Shown here piece by piece: positions 41,250 through 51,267 of a DNA stretch of 64,000 nt. A program made the position numbers and the translations under genes. The stretch comes from Acidiferrobacterales bacterium. GTDB lineage: Bacteria > Pseudomonadota > Gammaproteobacteria > Acidiferrobacterales > SPGG2. The stretch is from positions 3,197 through 67,196 of the forward strand of contig JBHIDJ010000006.1 of NCBI GenBank assembly GCA_046760105.1. Direction: 5' to 3'. Position 1 is the first letter of the stretch; each line of letters begins with the position of its first letter. Under the pieces are notes generated by a model that worked only from the letters and a program-made list of their open reading frames with translations, ran no database searches and was not told the origin of the DNA.

Positions 41250-43406
41250 ATGGACGTGACCGACATTATCGGCGCACTCAATGCAGAGCAGCGGGACGCT
41301 GTCGCTGCGCCGCCGGGCCCGTTGCTGGTGCTCGCCGGTGCCGGCAGCGGTAAGACACGCGTGCTCACGCACCGCGTGGCGTGGCTGGTAGGCGTCGAGA
41401 ATGTTTCTCCCCATTCGATCATGGCCGTGACCTTCACCAACAAGGCCGCACAAGAAATGCGTGGGCGTATCGAGCGGCTACTGCACTACCCGGTTAACGG
41501 CCTGTGGATCGGTACATTCCACGGCCTGTCGCATCGGCTCTTGCGGGCGCACTGGCGTGACGCGGGTCTGCCAGAGGGTTTCCAGATCCTCGACGCCGAA
41601 GATCAGTACCGGCTTATTCGCCGCGTGCTGAAAAACCTCGGTCTCGACGAGGCTTATTGGCTGCCACGCCAGCTCCAGTGGTTTATCAACACACAAAAAG
41701 AAGAAGGACGACGCCCGCAACACTTCGGTGACATCAACGATTCACAGCTGCGACAACAGGTACGTATCTATCGCGCTTATGAAGAAACCTGTCAACGAGC
41801 CGGGCTCGTGGACTTTGCGGAGTTGCTGTTGCGTGTGCTCGAATTGATGCGCGAGAACGAGACCATGCGCAGCCACTATCAGGGACGTTTCCGCCACGTT
41901 ATGGTGGACGAGCTGCAGGATACCAACGCCATGCAGTATGCCTGGCTCAAGCTTTTTGCTGGCGGTCACAGTAACCTTTTTGTAGTGGGTGATGATGATC
42001 AATCCATTTACGGATGGCGCGGTGCGCGCGTGGAGAACATGCTCACGTTCGAACGGGACTTCCCCGGTACCCGGGTCATCCGCTTGGAGCAAAACTACCG
42101 ATCTACCGCTACCATTTTGCAGGCGGCGAATGCGGTGATCAGCAATAATGACGGGCGCCTCGGTAAGAACCTGTGGACCCATGGCGAGAAAGGCGATGCC
42201 ATACGTTTATATACCGCCTTTAACGAAATTGATGAGGCACGCTTCGTGATCGATCGTATCCAAGACTGGATCAACGCTGGCCGTCTCAGGCAGGAGATCG
42301 CGATTCTCTACCGAGCGAACGCACAGTCGCGGGTTTTCGAAGAGGCGCTAATCGACGCAAACATCCCTTATCGCGTGTACGGCGGCCTGCGGTTTTTTGA
42401 GCGCGCCGAGATCAAGGATGCGCTCGCCTACCTGCGCCTTGTGGCCAGTCGCCACGATGACCCCTCGTTCGAACGGGTGGCCAACGTGCCGACGCGCGGC
42501 ATCGGAGCGAAGTCATTGGAAGCGGTGCGCGAGCATGCGAAAGCCGCAAACACGTCGCTGTGGGAGGCGGCGCGGCAATTGATCGATGCGCGCGAACTTC
42601 CGGCCCGCAATACGAACGCGCTTTCGAATTTCCTCACATTGATTGACAGACTCGCCGAAGAGACCGTGGGATTTGAGCTCGGTGATTTGATTGAACATGT
42701 ACTGCAGCACAGCGGGTTACTGGATCATTACAAAAAGGAGAAAGGCGAACTGGCGGAGGCTCGGGTGGAGAACCTAGAGGAACTCGTGTCCGCGGCGCGT
42801 AACTTCCGGTGGGGAGAAGACGATGATTCGGATCCGTTGTCCACGTTTTTAGCGCATGCGGCGTTAGAGGCGGGTGAGGCGCAGGCACGCGAGTGGGAAG
42901 ATTGCGTTCAACTGATGAGTTTGCATTCCGCCAAAGGCTTGGAGTTTCCGCTGGTCTTTCTCACCGGTATGGAAGAAGGCCTGTTTCCCCACCAGCGTTC
43001 CCTGCAGGAACCGGGGCGACTGGAGGAGGAGCGCCGTCTTTGTTACGTGGGCATGACCCGCGCGATGCGCCAGCTTTACGTGACCTATGCGGAAATGCGC
43101 CGGCTCCATGGCGCCGAGCACTATACGAGCCCCTCGCGGTTTCTCGGCGAGGTCCCGCCCGAACTCGTTGACGAGCTGCGCGCCCAGGCGCACTTGGCGC
43201 GCCCTTGGCGGGCGGCGGCACCAGCGCACGCGGCCGCCCCGCCTGCAGGTATGCGGCTCGGCCAGCGCGTCTGGCACGAGAAGTTCGGTGAAGGGGTAGT
43301 GACGAGCTATGAGGGCCGCGGCGAGCACGCCCGTGTACAAGTTAATTTCCAGGGAGCCGGAAGCAAGTGGCTAGTGCTGGCCTATGCCAAGCTCCAGCAA
43401 CTCTAA
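41250..43406 (+). CDS. uvrD: DNA helicase II (UvrD)
   Basis: LNAEQRDAVAAPPGPLLVLAGAGSGKTRVLTHR, MAVTFTNKAAQEMRGR, VMVDELQDTN, LEQNYRST, VGMTRAMRQLYVTY. Start set to ATG 41250; the track ORF has 58 extra codons. Confidence 0.95.
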   Translation: MDVTDIIGALNAEQRDAVAAPPGPLLVLAGAGSGKTRVLTHRVAWLVGVENVSPHSIMAVTFTNKAAQEMRGRIERLLHYPVNGLWIGTFHGLSHRLLRAHWRDAGLPEGFQILDAEDQYRLIRRVLKNLGLDEAYWLPRQLQWFINTQKEEGRRPQHFGDINDSQLRQQVRIYRAYEETCQRAGLVDFAELLLRVLELMRENETMRSHYQGRFRHVMVDELQDTNAMQYAWLKLFAGGHSNLFVVGDDDQSIYGWRGARVENMLTFERDFPGTRVIRLEQNYRSTATILQAANAVISNNDGRLGKNLWTHGEKGDAIRLYTAFNEIDEARFVIDRIQDWINAGRLRQEIAILYRANAQSRVFEEALIDANIPYRVYGGLRFFERAEIKDALAYLRLVASRHDDPSFERVANVPTRGIGAKSLEAVREHAKAANTSLWEAARQLIDARELPARNTNALSNFLTLIDRLAEETVGFELGDLIEHVLQHSGLLDHYKKEKGELAEARVENLEELVSAARNFRWGEDDDSDPLSTFLAHAALEAGEAQAREWEDCVQLMSLHSAKGLEFPLVFLTGMEEGLFPHQRSLQEPGRLEEERRLCYVGMTRAMRQLYVTYAEMRRLHGAEHYTSPSRFLGEVPPELVDELRAQAHLARPWRAAAPAHAAAPPAGMRLGQRVWHEKFGEGVVTSYEGRGEHARVQVNFQGAGSKWLVLAYAKLQQL

Positions 43407-43649
43407 GAAGGACTGCCTTCTCGGCCGCACACGCTAGCGCCCGGACTCCCCGAGCCGCTGCCAGCACTGCCTCCCCTGAATCGTAGGAAAACCGCGAGTC
43501 ATGACCGCAGCCATTCGCCGGGCAGGCTCGCAAATCCCACGCCTAGCGGATATATTTGAGATAAGGTATATATGTCAGATAGTTATGAGAGCACTCGGTT
43601 TCGGAACCGCCCGTAAGGGCCGATCGCTGGGCGCTAGGAAACTGGCAGC

Positions 43650-44408
43650 ATGAAGTCGAACACTGGGGTCATGTCCGCCGCACGGGCGATGCTGGCTATC
43701 GTGGGGATTACGTTTTTCGCGGAGCTTGTGATCATGCTGCTGCTGGTCGACTTTGGCTATGCGACGCATCCTTTCTCGGTCATGCTGTTGGATGCCGGAA
43801 TACTTTCGTTTTTGATTGCTCCACCCATCTATTGGCTTGTGGCCACCCCCATCAAACGCGAGTACGCAAAACGCCAGGACGCCGAGGGCCGCGCCGCTGA
43901 GCTTGGCAAACAGGCCATCACAGACCCCCTCACGCGAACGAGAAACCGGCGTGGCATCACCATCGCCGTACTTGAAGCCATGGCCCACGCAGAGCGCTAT
44001 GAGCATCCGCTATCGGTCGCCATGGTGGACATCGATCACTTTAAAGAGGTGAACGACACTTACGGCCACAAGGCGGGCGATCGCGTGTTAGAGGGTGTCA
44101 CCGCTATTCTTGTGGAAACACTACGTATGCCGGATAAGGTGGGTCGCTATGGCGGCGAGGAGTTTCTGCTCGTGCTGCCGGAAACGGGGCTGGAACAAAC
44201 CACCAATATTGCCGACCGTATCCGCGCCACCGTTGCCGAAACCGAGTTCGATATTGGCGAAAAGAAGATAAGGCTGACGATCAGTATTGGCGCAACATTG
44301 TTCGTCAAGGGCGAGGACCTTGAAGAATTATTGTCGCGCGCTGACCGTGCGCTGTACGAAGCCAAGGAGTCGGGGCGCAACCTGGTGGTGAGCGCCAAGG
44401 GCTACTGA
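43650..44408 (+). CDS. membrane-anchored diguanylate cyclase (GGDEF)
   Basis: Two N-terminal TM helices, DPLTRTRNRRG, active-site RYGGEEF, and an RxxD I-site (RMPD) five residues upstream. Confidence 0.9.
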   Translation: MKSNTGVMSAARAMLAIVGITFFAELVIMLLLVDFGYATHPFSVMLLDAGILSFLIAPPIYWLVATPIKREYAKRQDAEGRAAELGKQAITDPLTRTRNRRGITIAVLEAMAHAERYEHPLSVAMVDIDHFKEVNDTYGHKAGDRVLEGVTAILVETLRMPDKVGRYGGEEFLLVLPETGLEQTTNIADRIRATVAETEFDIGEKKIRLTISIGATLFVKGEDLEELLSRADRALYEAKESGRNLVVSAKGY

Positions 44409-44446
44409 GAGTTCTTGCGTTCGTGGTGCGCGCGCCTGCCGTTGCA

Positions 44447-45385
44447 TTATTTCAGCATCTCCTCTACAACCGCACTCCATCCCAAGCCTAAGTTAGTCCG
44501 GTTGTATCCCCCGCCGCCCATGGCAATGATGCGCCCTTGGCAGAATTCATCAGCGACGGCGCACAAACGTTTGGCGGCGTGACCGTGCGCCTTGGGTGTG
44601 AACTGCATGTGTGTGATTGGATCACCCTTGATGCTATCGGCGCCGGCCTGCAACAAGATAATCTCCGGTTTACCCGCACGCACAAAATCCTCGAGCTGCG
44701 GCCATACCTGGTGAAACATCTCGTCATTCGCACCGGGCAACATGGGGATGTTTAACTTCGTGCCCTTCGCCGCCCCTTTTCCGGTTTCGTGTGCGAAACC
44801 GGTTCCGGGATAGAGGAAACGCCCGTCTTCGTGAATATCGGCGAAGATGAGATCAGGATCCTCCTCGAAGGCATAGAACACACCGTCGCCATGGTGCGCA
44901 TCGATGTCTACGTAGGCGATCCGTTTGACGCCGTATTCTTGGCGCAGGGTTTCGATTAACACGGCGGGGTCATTGAAAACGCAAAATCCCGCTGCCGAAT
45001 TCTTACGCGCGTGATGCAGCCCTGCGATCGGCACGAAGATTCGCGGGGAATTACCCGACATGCTATGGATTAGGCTGTTTAACCCTGAACCTACTACAAA
45101 CGATCCGGCTTCAAACACCCCTTTGAAGGCAGGCGTATCCCCATAATCCAAGTAGCCCATGCCGGTTTTCGACTGCTGCTTGACACGTTCGACGTAATCG
45201 CGGGTGTGAAACCGTAGGATTGCGTCCTCGGAGCAGCTGGCGGGGATCGCGATGTGGACGCGTTTATCAAGCCCCCGTTTTACCGCCTCACGCCAGAAGG
45301 CATCCATGCGATCCGGCCCGAAGGGATGTCCCTCGCCGAACCCGTAACGGGCGAGGTCCTCGCCAAGGTATACCTGCATAACCAT
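44447..45385 (-). CDS. histone deacetylase-family / AcuC-like deacetylase
   Basis: GLHHARKNSAAGFCVFND, YVDIDAHHGDGV, GGGGYN. Confidence 0.88.
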   Translation of the reverse strand: MVMQVYLGEDLARYGFGEGHPFGPDRMDAFWREAVKRGLDKRVHIAIPASCSEDAILRFHTRDYVERVKQQSKTGMGYLDYGDTPAFKGVFEAGSFVVGSGLNSLIHSMSGNSPRIFVPIAGLHHARKNSAAGFCVFNDPAVLIETLRQEYGVKRIAYVDIDAHHGDGVFYAFEEDPDLIFADIHEDGRFLYPGTGFAHETGKGAAKGTKLNIPMLPGANDEMFHQVWPQLEDFVRAGKPEIILLQAGADSIKGDPITHMQFTPKAHGHAAKRLCAVADEFCQGRIIAMGGGGYNRTNLGLGWSAVVEEMLK

Positions 45386-45642
45386 GCGGTGATTATACGG
45401 TATTCCGCGACGCCGTACGTCCCCGCACTTTCAGCCAACCTCGAAAACGCGGGAGTCCTTACATCATTTCGCTATCGCGTGGAACGCGGAGATCCTAAAG
45501 TCGTAATCAACGGGTGTGTCAGTGCAGTGTTTAATTGCAATCGTCGTGGACAGTCACGTAGCTCAGGGCATGAACGATGTCGTGCGGCCGCACGCGTACG
45601 TCACCAATGCAACGCCGGTGTTAACGGTGCGCCTTGTCTCAC

Positions 45643-46311
45643 TTACAGATTGAGTTTGATTTCTTGTTCTTCCTCGGACGGTTCGAAGCCGCTGCGCTCG
45701 TAGTAGCTGAAGATCGCGTCAACCACTTCCTGCGGTTTATCGACCAGCGTGAAAAGCTCGAGATCCTCCGGGCTGATCATACCCTCGCTCACGAGCGTCT
45801 GTTTAAACCAGTCCACCAGTCCCTCCCAGAACGGTCGGTGTACCAGGATGATGGGCATACGCACGCTCTTACCGGTCTGAATCAGTGTCAACGATTCGAC
45901 CAATTCATCGAGCGTGCCAAAGCCGCCAGGCATGACTACATAGGCCTTGGCATATTTCACGAACATGACTTTGCGTGCAAAAAAGTGTTGAAAACTCAAG
46001 CTTATGTCCTGGAAGTCATTGGCGATTTGTTCGTGCGGCAGGTGAATATTCAAGCCAACACTGGGCGATTTGGCGACGAATGCCCCCTTGTTGGCGGCCT
46101 CCATGAGCCCAGGCCCGCCCCCGCTGATTACGCTAAAGCCGGCATCCGAGAGCATACGGGCAATCTCTTCGGTCAAGGCATAATAGGGGTGTCCGGGTTT
46201 GCTGCGCGAGGAGCCGAAGATGCTGACCGACGGTTGAATCTGCGATAAATGCTCGAAACCGGCAACAAATTCGGCCATGATCTGGAAGATTTTCCACGAC
46301 TCCCGCGACAT
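45643..46311 (-). CDS. LOG-family (TIGR00730) nucleotide phosphoribohydrolase
   Basis: SIFGSSRSK, ISGGGPGLMEAANKGA, VVMPGGFGTLDELVE (PGGxGTxxE). Confidence 0.88.
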   Translation of the reverse strand: MSRESWKIFQIMAEFVAGFEHLSQIQPSVSIFGSSRSKPGHPYYALTEEIARMLSDAGFSVISGGGPGLMEAANKGAFVAKSPSVGLNIHLPHEQIANDFQDISLSFQHFFARKVMFVKYAKAYVVMPGGFGTLDELVESLTLIQTGKSVRMPIILVHRPFWEGLVDWFKQTLVSEGMISPEDLELFTLVDKPQEVVDAIFSYYERSGFEPSEEEQEIKLNL

Positions 46312-46411
46312 GATGCGCGAGGGCGTGACGGAATGCGAGACTCTCGGGGTTAAGTTGTTTTCCGTTTTCGTAGGTATTCGTAGTGATCAAGGTTGAGGGT
46401 TCTTTGCTTTG

Positions 46412-49123
46412 ATGAATAAGACCGGCAATACCAGAACTAAGCCATTCATTTTGGTCGATGGCTCATCGTATCTCTACCGCGCATTCCATGCCATGCCACA
46501 ACTGACGAATTCCCGTGGTGAACCGACGGGTGCGGTATACGGTATCACCAATATGTTGCGCAAGCTGCTCGCGGATTACGACCCGACGCATATCGCCGTA
46601 GTATTCGACGCTAAAGGCAAGACCTTCCGCGACGAGATCTACGCGGATTATAAGGCTAACCGACCACCTATGCCTGAGGAGCTTGCTGCCCAGATCGAAC
46701 CAATCCACGCCATCGTCCGCGCCATGGGGCTGCCGTTGCTCATCGTCGAAGGGGTCGAAGCGGATGATGTCATCGGCACCTTGGCGGCTGGGGCGGCCGA
46801 GCACGGCCTCGATACGCTAATCTCAACCGGTGACAAGGATATGGCGCAGCTGGTCAGCGACCACGTCGTTCTGATCAATACGATGACCGATACTCTATAC
46901 GATAAACAAGGTGTGCACGAAAAATTCGGCGTGCCACCAGAACATATGGTTGATTATCTCGCACTGATCGGCGACAGCGTGGACAACATACCTGGCGTGC
47001 CCAAGGTAGGGTCCAAGACCGCCGCCAAGTGGTTGCAAGAGTACGGTTCGCTGGACGAAATCGTCACCCACGCCGATGAGATCGGCGGAAAAGTGGGTGA
47101 TAATCTCCGCGCTTGTCTAGGGCAGCTGCCACTGTCGCGGCAACTCGTGACTGTTAAGTACGATGTACCGCTGGATCAGGGACCTGAGGCACTAACGCGC
47201 CAGCTACCGGATGAGGCGAAACTACGAGAGCTTTACACACGCCTGGAGTTCAAAACCTTGCTCGCCGAGCTCGTTGGCAGCGAACGGTCAGTGCAAGAGA
47301 ACGCACAGAGCATGGCGGCGCGCTATGAAACGATCTTCGATGACGAGCACCTCGATGACTGGATCGAACGTCTAAGGGTAGCCGGTCTGTTTGCGTTTGA
47401 TACGGAGACCACTGCTCTCGATGCGATGCGTGCTGAGCTTGTCGGCGTTTCATTCACGTACAAAGCGGGTGCCGGTGCATATGTTCCGGTTGGTCATGCG
47501 TATCCTGGTGTGGCCAAACAGCTCGACCGTGATCGTGTACTAAGCAAACTCAAGCCAATTCTGGAAGATCCGGCTAGCACCAAAGTTGGCCAAAACCTTA
47601 AGTATGACCTGATCGTCATGCACCGCTATGGCATCGAAGTTGCCGGCTTAGGATTCGACACTATGCTCGAGTCTTATGTGCTTAACAGTACGGCGTCGCG
47701 CCATGATATGGACAGTCTCGCATTGCGATATCTTGGCTATAAGACATTGAAATATGAGGAAGTGGCTGGCAAGGGCAAGGGCCAGATCAACTTTAGTGAG
47801 GTACCGGTGGAGCAAGCGGCTCCTTACGCTGCCGAGGATGCCGACGTGACGCTGCGACTGCACAAGGCTTTGTGGCCAAGACTGCAGGAGATAGCAAAGC
47901 TGAAGATGCTGTTCGAAGAGCTCGAAATGCCGCTAATACCCGTGCTCTCGCAGATGCAATGCACAGGCGTAAGGATAGATGCCGATATGTTAGCGTATCA
48001 GAGCAACGAGCTTGCACGGCGCATGTTGGAGCTCGAACGGGAGGCACACGAAACCGCTGGCCAGCCGTTCAATCTCGAGTCGCCGAAGCAAATCCAGGAG
48101 GTGTTATACGACAAACTTGGGCTGCCGGTGTTGAAGAAAACCCCAAAGGGGCAGCCGTCAACCGCTGAAGATGTCTTGCAGGAACTGGCGTTGGACTATC
48201 CGTTGCCAAGAATCATCCTCGAGTATCGCGGACTGAGCAAGCTCAAGTCCACCTATACCGATAAGCTGCCTGAGATGATCAACCCAGAGACCGGGCGCGT
48301 GCACACCTCTTACCACCAAGCCGTCGCGGCCACCGGCAGGTTGTCGTCGAGCGATCCCAATTTGCAAAACATCCCGGTGCGTACGGCCGAAGGGCGACGA
48401 ATCCGACGGGCGTTTATCGCTGATCAGGGTTGCAAGATATTATCCGCCGACTATTCGCAGATCGAATTACGCATTATGGCGCATCTGTCAGGCGATAACG
48501 GCCTGCAGCAAGCATTCGCCGAAGGCATGGACGTGCACCGCGCAACGGCGGCAGACGTGTTTGGGGTCGCGCCCGAGCTCGTCACGGATGAAATGCGCCG
48601 AAACGCCAAGGCCATCAACTTCGGTTTGATTTACGGCATGTCGGCATTTGGGCTGGCACGGCAATTGAAGGTTGATCGTAGCACCGCCCAACAATACGTC
48701 GATCTGTACTTCACCCGCTATCCCGGCGTGAAGGACTTCATGGACCACACACGCCAGCAGGCGCGTGAACAAGGATTTGTCGAGACCGTATTCGGGCGGC
48801 GCCTCTATGCACAGGACATCAACGCGAGCAACCAGGCGCGGCGCCAATATGCCGAGCGTGCCGCCATCAACGCCCCCATGCAAGGAACGGCCGCAGACCT
48901 CATCAAGCTCGCAATGCTGGCGGTAGATGTGTGGATTCGGGACGCCGGTGTAAGGGTGAAGATGATTATGCAGGTGCACGACGAGCTGGTGTTCGAGGTC
49001 GCCGAGCAGGAGGTGGAGAAGGCGTGTGAGAACATTCGGCGCTGTATGAGCGATGTCGCTACCCTCTCGGTCCCGTTAGTGGTCGATATCGGGGTCGGCG
49101 ATAATTGGGACGAGGCGCACTAG
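46412..49123 (+). CDS. polA: DNA polymerase I
   Basis: 5'-nuclease N-terminus (ILVDGSSYLYRAFHA), 3'-5' exo (FAFDTETT), and pol motifs DYSQIELRIMAHLS and QVHDELVFE. ATG 46412; the track uses TTG 46409. Confidence 0.98.
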   Translation: MNKTGNTRTKPFILVDGSSYLYRAFHAMPQLTNSRGEPTGAVYGITNMLRKLLADYDPTHIAVVFDAKGKTFRDEIYADYKANRPPMPEELAAQIEPIHAIVRAMGLPLLIVEGVEADDVIGTLAAGAAEHGLDTLISTGDKDMAQLVSDHVVLINTMTDTLYDKQGVHEKFGVPPEHMVDYLALIGDSVDNIPGVPKVGSKTAAKWLQEYGSLDEIVTHADEIGGKVGDNLRACLGQLPLSRQLVTVKYDVPLDQGPEALTRQLPDEAKLRELYTRLEFKTLLAELVGSERSVQENAQSMAARYETIFDDEHLDDWIERLRVAGLFAFDTETTALDAMRAELVGVSFTYKAGAGAYVPVGHAYPGVAKQLDRDRVLSKLKPILEDPASTKVGQNLKYDLIVMHRYGIEVAGLGFDTMLESYVLNSTASRHDMDSLALRYLGYKTLKYEEVAGKGKGQINFSEVPVEQAAPYAAEDADVTLRLHKALWPRLQEIAKLKMLFEELEMPLIPVLSQMQCTGVRIDADMLAYQSNELARRMLELEREAHETAGQPFNLESPKQIQEVLYDKLGLPVLKKTPKGQPSTAEDVLQELALDYPLPRIILEYRGLSKLKSTYTDKLPEMINPETGRVHTSYHQAVAATGRLSSSDPNLQNIPVRTAEGRRIRRAFIADQGCKILSADYSQIELRIMAHLSGDNGLQQAFAEGMDVHRATAADVFGVAPELVTDEMRRNAKAINFGLIYGMSAFGLARQLKVDRSTAQQYVDLYFTRYPGVKDFMDHTRQQAREQGFVETVFGRRLYAQDINASNQARRQYAERAAINAPMQGTAADLIKLAMLAVDVWIRDAGVRVKMIMQVHDELVFEVAEQEVEKACENIRRCMSDVATLSVPLVVDIGVGDNWDEAH

Positions 49124-49204
49124 CAAACTGGTTTCGCCTGGTAAGCGGGGAATGGCGTTATCCCATACGCTTGGTAGGGGATTCACTGATCATAAGCAGG
49201 GACC

Positions 49205-49231
49205 GAACTTCTGGCCACGACTCGGGTCTAT
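49205..49231 (+). promoter_or_regulatory. candidate ECF sigmaE/AlgU-type promoter
   Basis: GAACTT (49205-49210), 16-nt spacer, TCTAT (49227-49231). The known consensus is GAACTT-N16/17-TCtgA. It is the only GAACTT in the window followed by a TC-type -10 at this spacing. Confidence 0.45.
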
Positions 49232-49237
49232 ACACTC

Positions 49238-49360
49238 GGACGATCCTGGTGGATCGTCTTGCCCGCTCCTCCTCCCTGAGCGGGTAGTTCCTGGGCTTTT
49301 TCTTATGCAGGAACGGTTAGGCCCCGGGCTCTCTCCCCTTGTTTTCCGGGGCTTTTTTTT
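49238..49360 (+). ncRNA. candidate small RNA in the polA-engB spacer (Spot42/ErsA-position)
   Basis: Four consecutive hairpins. (1) gacgatcc/ggatcgtc, 49239-49258, 8 bp perfect. (2) cccgctc/gagcggg, 49262-49284, with loop CTCCTCCCT. (3) gttcctg/caggaac, 49287-49314. (4) gccccgg/ccggggc, 49321-49352, followed by T8 (49353-49360). No ORF. Confidence 0.45.
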
Positions 49361-49967
49361 AATCGCAGTCAGCCAGTTCCAGCCAACACCCCAGCACCTG
49401 CCGAGCGGTGTCGACACCTTGGCGCTTGAGCGAGGAGAAGCTCTGCACCGAAACGCCTACACCGAATACCTCCAGCGCGTGCTCCACCTCACGTAAGGCC
49501 GCGGCACGCCGCGCGCGCCTGAATTTGTCACTTTTGCAAAGCAGCACGTGCACTGGCATCGTGTTTGCCGTACACCACTGCAGCAGCGTCAGATCGTAGT
49601 CGGTAAGTGGGTGACGGATATCCATGACCAGCATAAGTCCGCGAAGCGAAGCGCGAGTCTGTAAGTACCGCGGAAGCGCGTGGTCCCAGCGACGCCTCAC
49701 GGTCGCCGGAGCACGTGCATAGCCAAAGCCAGGCAGATCCACCAGGCGGTGTGCGGCGTCCAGCGAGAACACATTGATCTCTCGCGTCCGACCAGGCGTT
49801 TTGCTCGTACGTGCGAGCGCTTTCTGCGCCGTGATCGTGTTAATGGCGCTCGATTTGCCGGCGTTGGAGCGGCCCGCGAAGGCTACCTCGGCACCGCAGT
49901 CAGGTGGCAACTGGGCGAGCGAGGCCACACCCAGGGTAAAGCGTGCGCGCGCAAAAGGATTCTTCAT
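49359..49967 (-). CDS. engB: ribosome biogenesis GTP-binding protein EngB/YihA
   Basis: EVAFAGRSNAGKSSAINTI (G1), DLPGFGYA (G3), LLCKSDK (G4). Start set to ATG 49967. Confidence 0.92.
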   Translation of the reverse strand: MKNPFARARFTLGVASLAQLPPDCGAEVAFAGRSNAGKSSAINTITAQKALARTSKTPGRTREINVFSLDAAHRLVDLPGFGYARAPATVRRRWDHALPRYLQTRASLRGLMLVMDIRHPLTDYDLTLLQWCTANTMPVHVLLCKSDKFRRARRAAALREVEHALEVFGVGVSVQSFSSLKRQGVDTARQVLGCWLELADCD

Positions 49968-50135
49968 GGACTCGCAAACCAAATTGACCACTAACCAAGC
50001 TGTTGGTATATAGGGCATCCATCCAACGCGGACATTGCTAACAGATTATACGGGTTACGTCGCTCGCCGCGTTTAGCGAACGCCATGTCGACGCAGGGGG
50101 TCTGGCTGGTTCACGTAACCTCGGGAGGAGCAAAG

Positions 50136-50741
50136 ATGAAAAACTGTGTCACCTTGGCGCTGGTATTTTGGCTGTCTGTCTCGCTCGGCATCGCCCAGGC
50201 GGCCGGAGATGCGGCCGCTGGCAAGGCCAAAGCTGCCCTGTGTGTGGCTTGCCACGGTCCCGACGGCAACAGCACGAATCCGGAGTGGCCCAACCTGGCG
50301 GGACAACATCCCGAATATACCGTTAAGCAACTGAAGGACTTCAAAGACGGCAGACGTGAGAACGAACTCATGTCGGGCATAGCGAAGGGACTGTCGGAAC
50401 AAGACATGGAAAATCTCGCCGCCTATTTCAGCGCACAACAACCAAAGGTTCTGGCTGTCGCGGACCTAGAGCGAACGAAGCGTGGCGAGCGGCTTTATCG
50501 CGGGGGCAACTCCGAGAGGGAGGTGTCGGCCTGCATGAGCTGCCATGGTCCGTCAGGACGAGGCATCCCACCACGGTTTCCACAGATCTCTGGCCAACAT
50601 GCGGCTTACACGGAGAAACAGCTACTCGCGTTTAAAGGCGGCAAGCGCACCAACGACTTCGAGATCATGAGACGGATTGCCTTTCGCATGTCCGAAGACG
50701 AAATCAAGGCAGTCGCGCAATACATGGCCGCTTTGTACTGA
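50136..50741 (+). CDS. dihaem cytochrome c4
   Basis: Signal peptide MKNCVTLALVFWLSVSLGIAQA. Two haem sites, CVACHGPDG and CMSCHGPSG. SD GGAGG upstream of ATG 50136. Confidence 0.9.
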   Translation: MKNCVTLALVFWLSVSLGIAQAAGDAAAGKAKAALCVACHGPDGNSTNPEWPNLAGQHPEYTVKQLKDFKDGRRENELMSGIAKGLSEQDMENLAAYFSAQQPKVLAVADLERTKRGERLYRGGNSEREVSACMSCHGPSGRGIPPRFPQISGQHAAYTEKQLLAFKGGKRTNDFEIMRRIAFRMSEDEIKAVAQYMAALY

Positions 50742-50875
50742 CAAACGCCGCTCGTCCGTCACCTGCCCCTTCTCGTCGCTTGCTACCGTCGACGGCCACC
50801 TATTGACCGGTGGCATCTCCCGGGGCGTCCATTTTTTCCTATTTAGACCAATAGCTTATAGCCAGGTTAAAGGGT

Positions 50876-50891
50876 TGGCACGAGAATTGCC
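50876..50891 (+). promoter_or_regulatory. sigma-54 (-24/-12) promoter
   Basis: tTGGCACGagaaTTGCc matches the consensus YTGGCACG-N4-TTGCW at every fixed position except the final W. Located about 100 nt upstream of the 78-aa ORF. Confidence 0.6.
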
Positions 50892-50991
50892 TGTCCTCAG
50901 ATAAGCAATACGGGATGGGCTGCCCCGCGATGTGTCGGCGGCTCCATCCACCAGCAAGCGATGTTTCAGTCGCGTTGGGGAGAGGCAAAAG

Positions 50992-51228
50992 ATGCTGAGT
51001 CACATTGTCAATTTGGTGAGCGATTACGAACAGGACTACGGTTCGCGACCGAACCTGGTCTATATGAACGAGACCCACTACACCTACCTGCGCCAAGAGA
51101 TGCCGGGGGTAAGAGATCATAACGACGTAGTGGCGATCCTAGGTATTGATATTGCATTAAGCGATATCGCTGTTCGCCCGCACGTTGCGACGGTGCGGTA
51201 TACGGACGAGAACATTCTTGTGAGCTGA
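50992..51228 (+). CDS. hypothetical 78-aa protein (no family recognised)
   Basis: SD GGGGAGAGG at 50977-50985, then ATG 50992. Sequence MLSHIVNLVSDYEQDYGSRPNLVYMNETHYTYLRQEMPGVRDHNDVVAILGIDIALSDIAVRPHVATVRYTDENILVS. Flanked by a sigma-54 promoter and a rho-independent terminator. Confidence 0.6.
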   Translation: MLSHIVNLVSDYEQDYGSRPNLVYMNETHYTYLRQEMPGVRDHNDVVAILGIDIALSDIAVRPHVATVRYTDENILVS

Positions 51229-51267
51229 CAGGTTTTTTGGTTGAACAGCGTGTGGGGCGCACGCACG

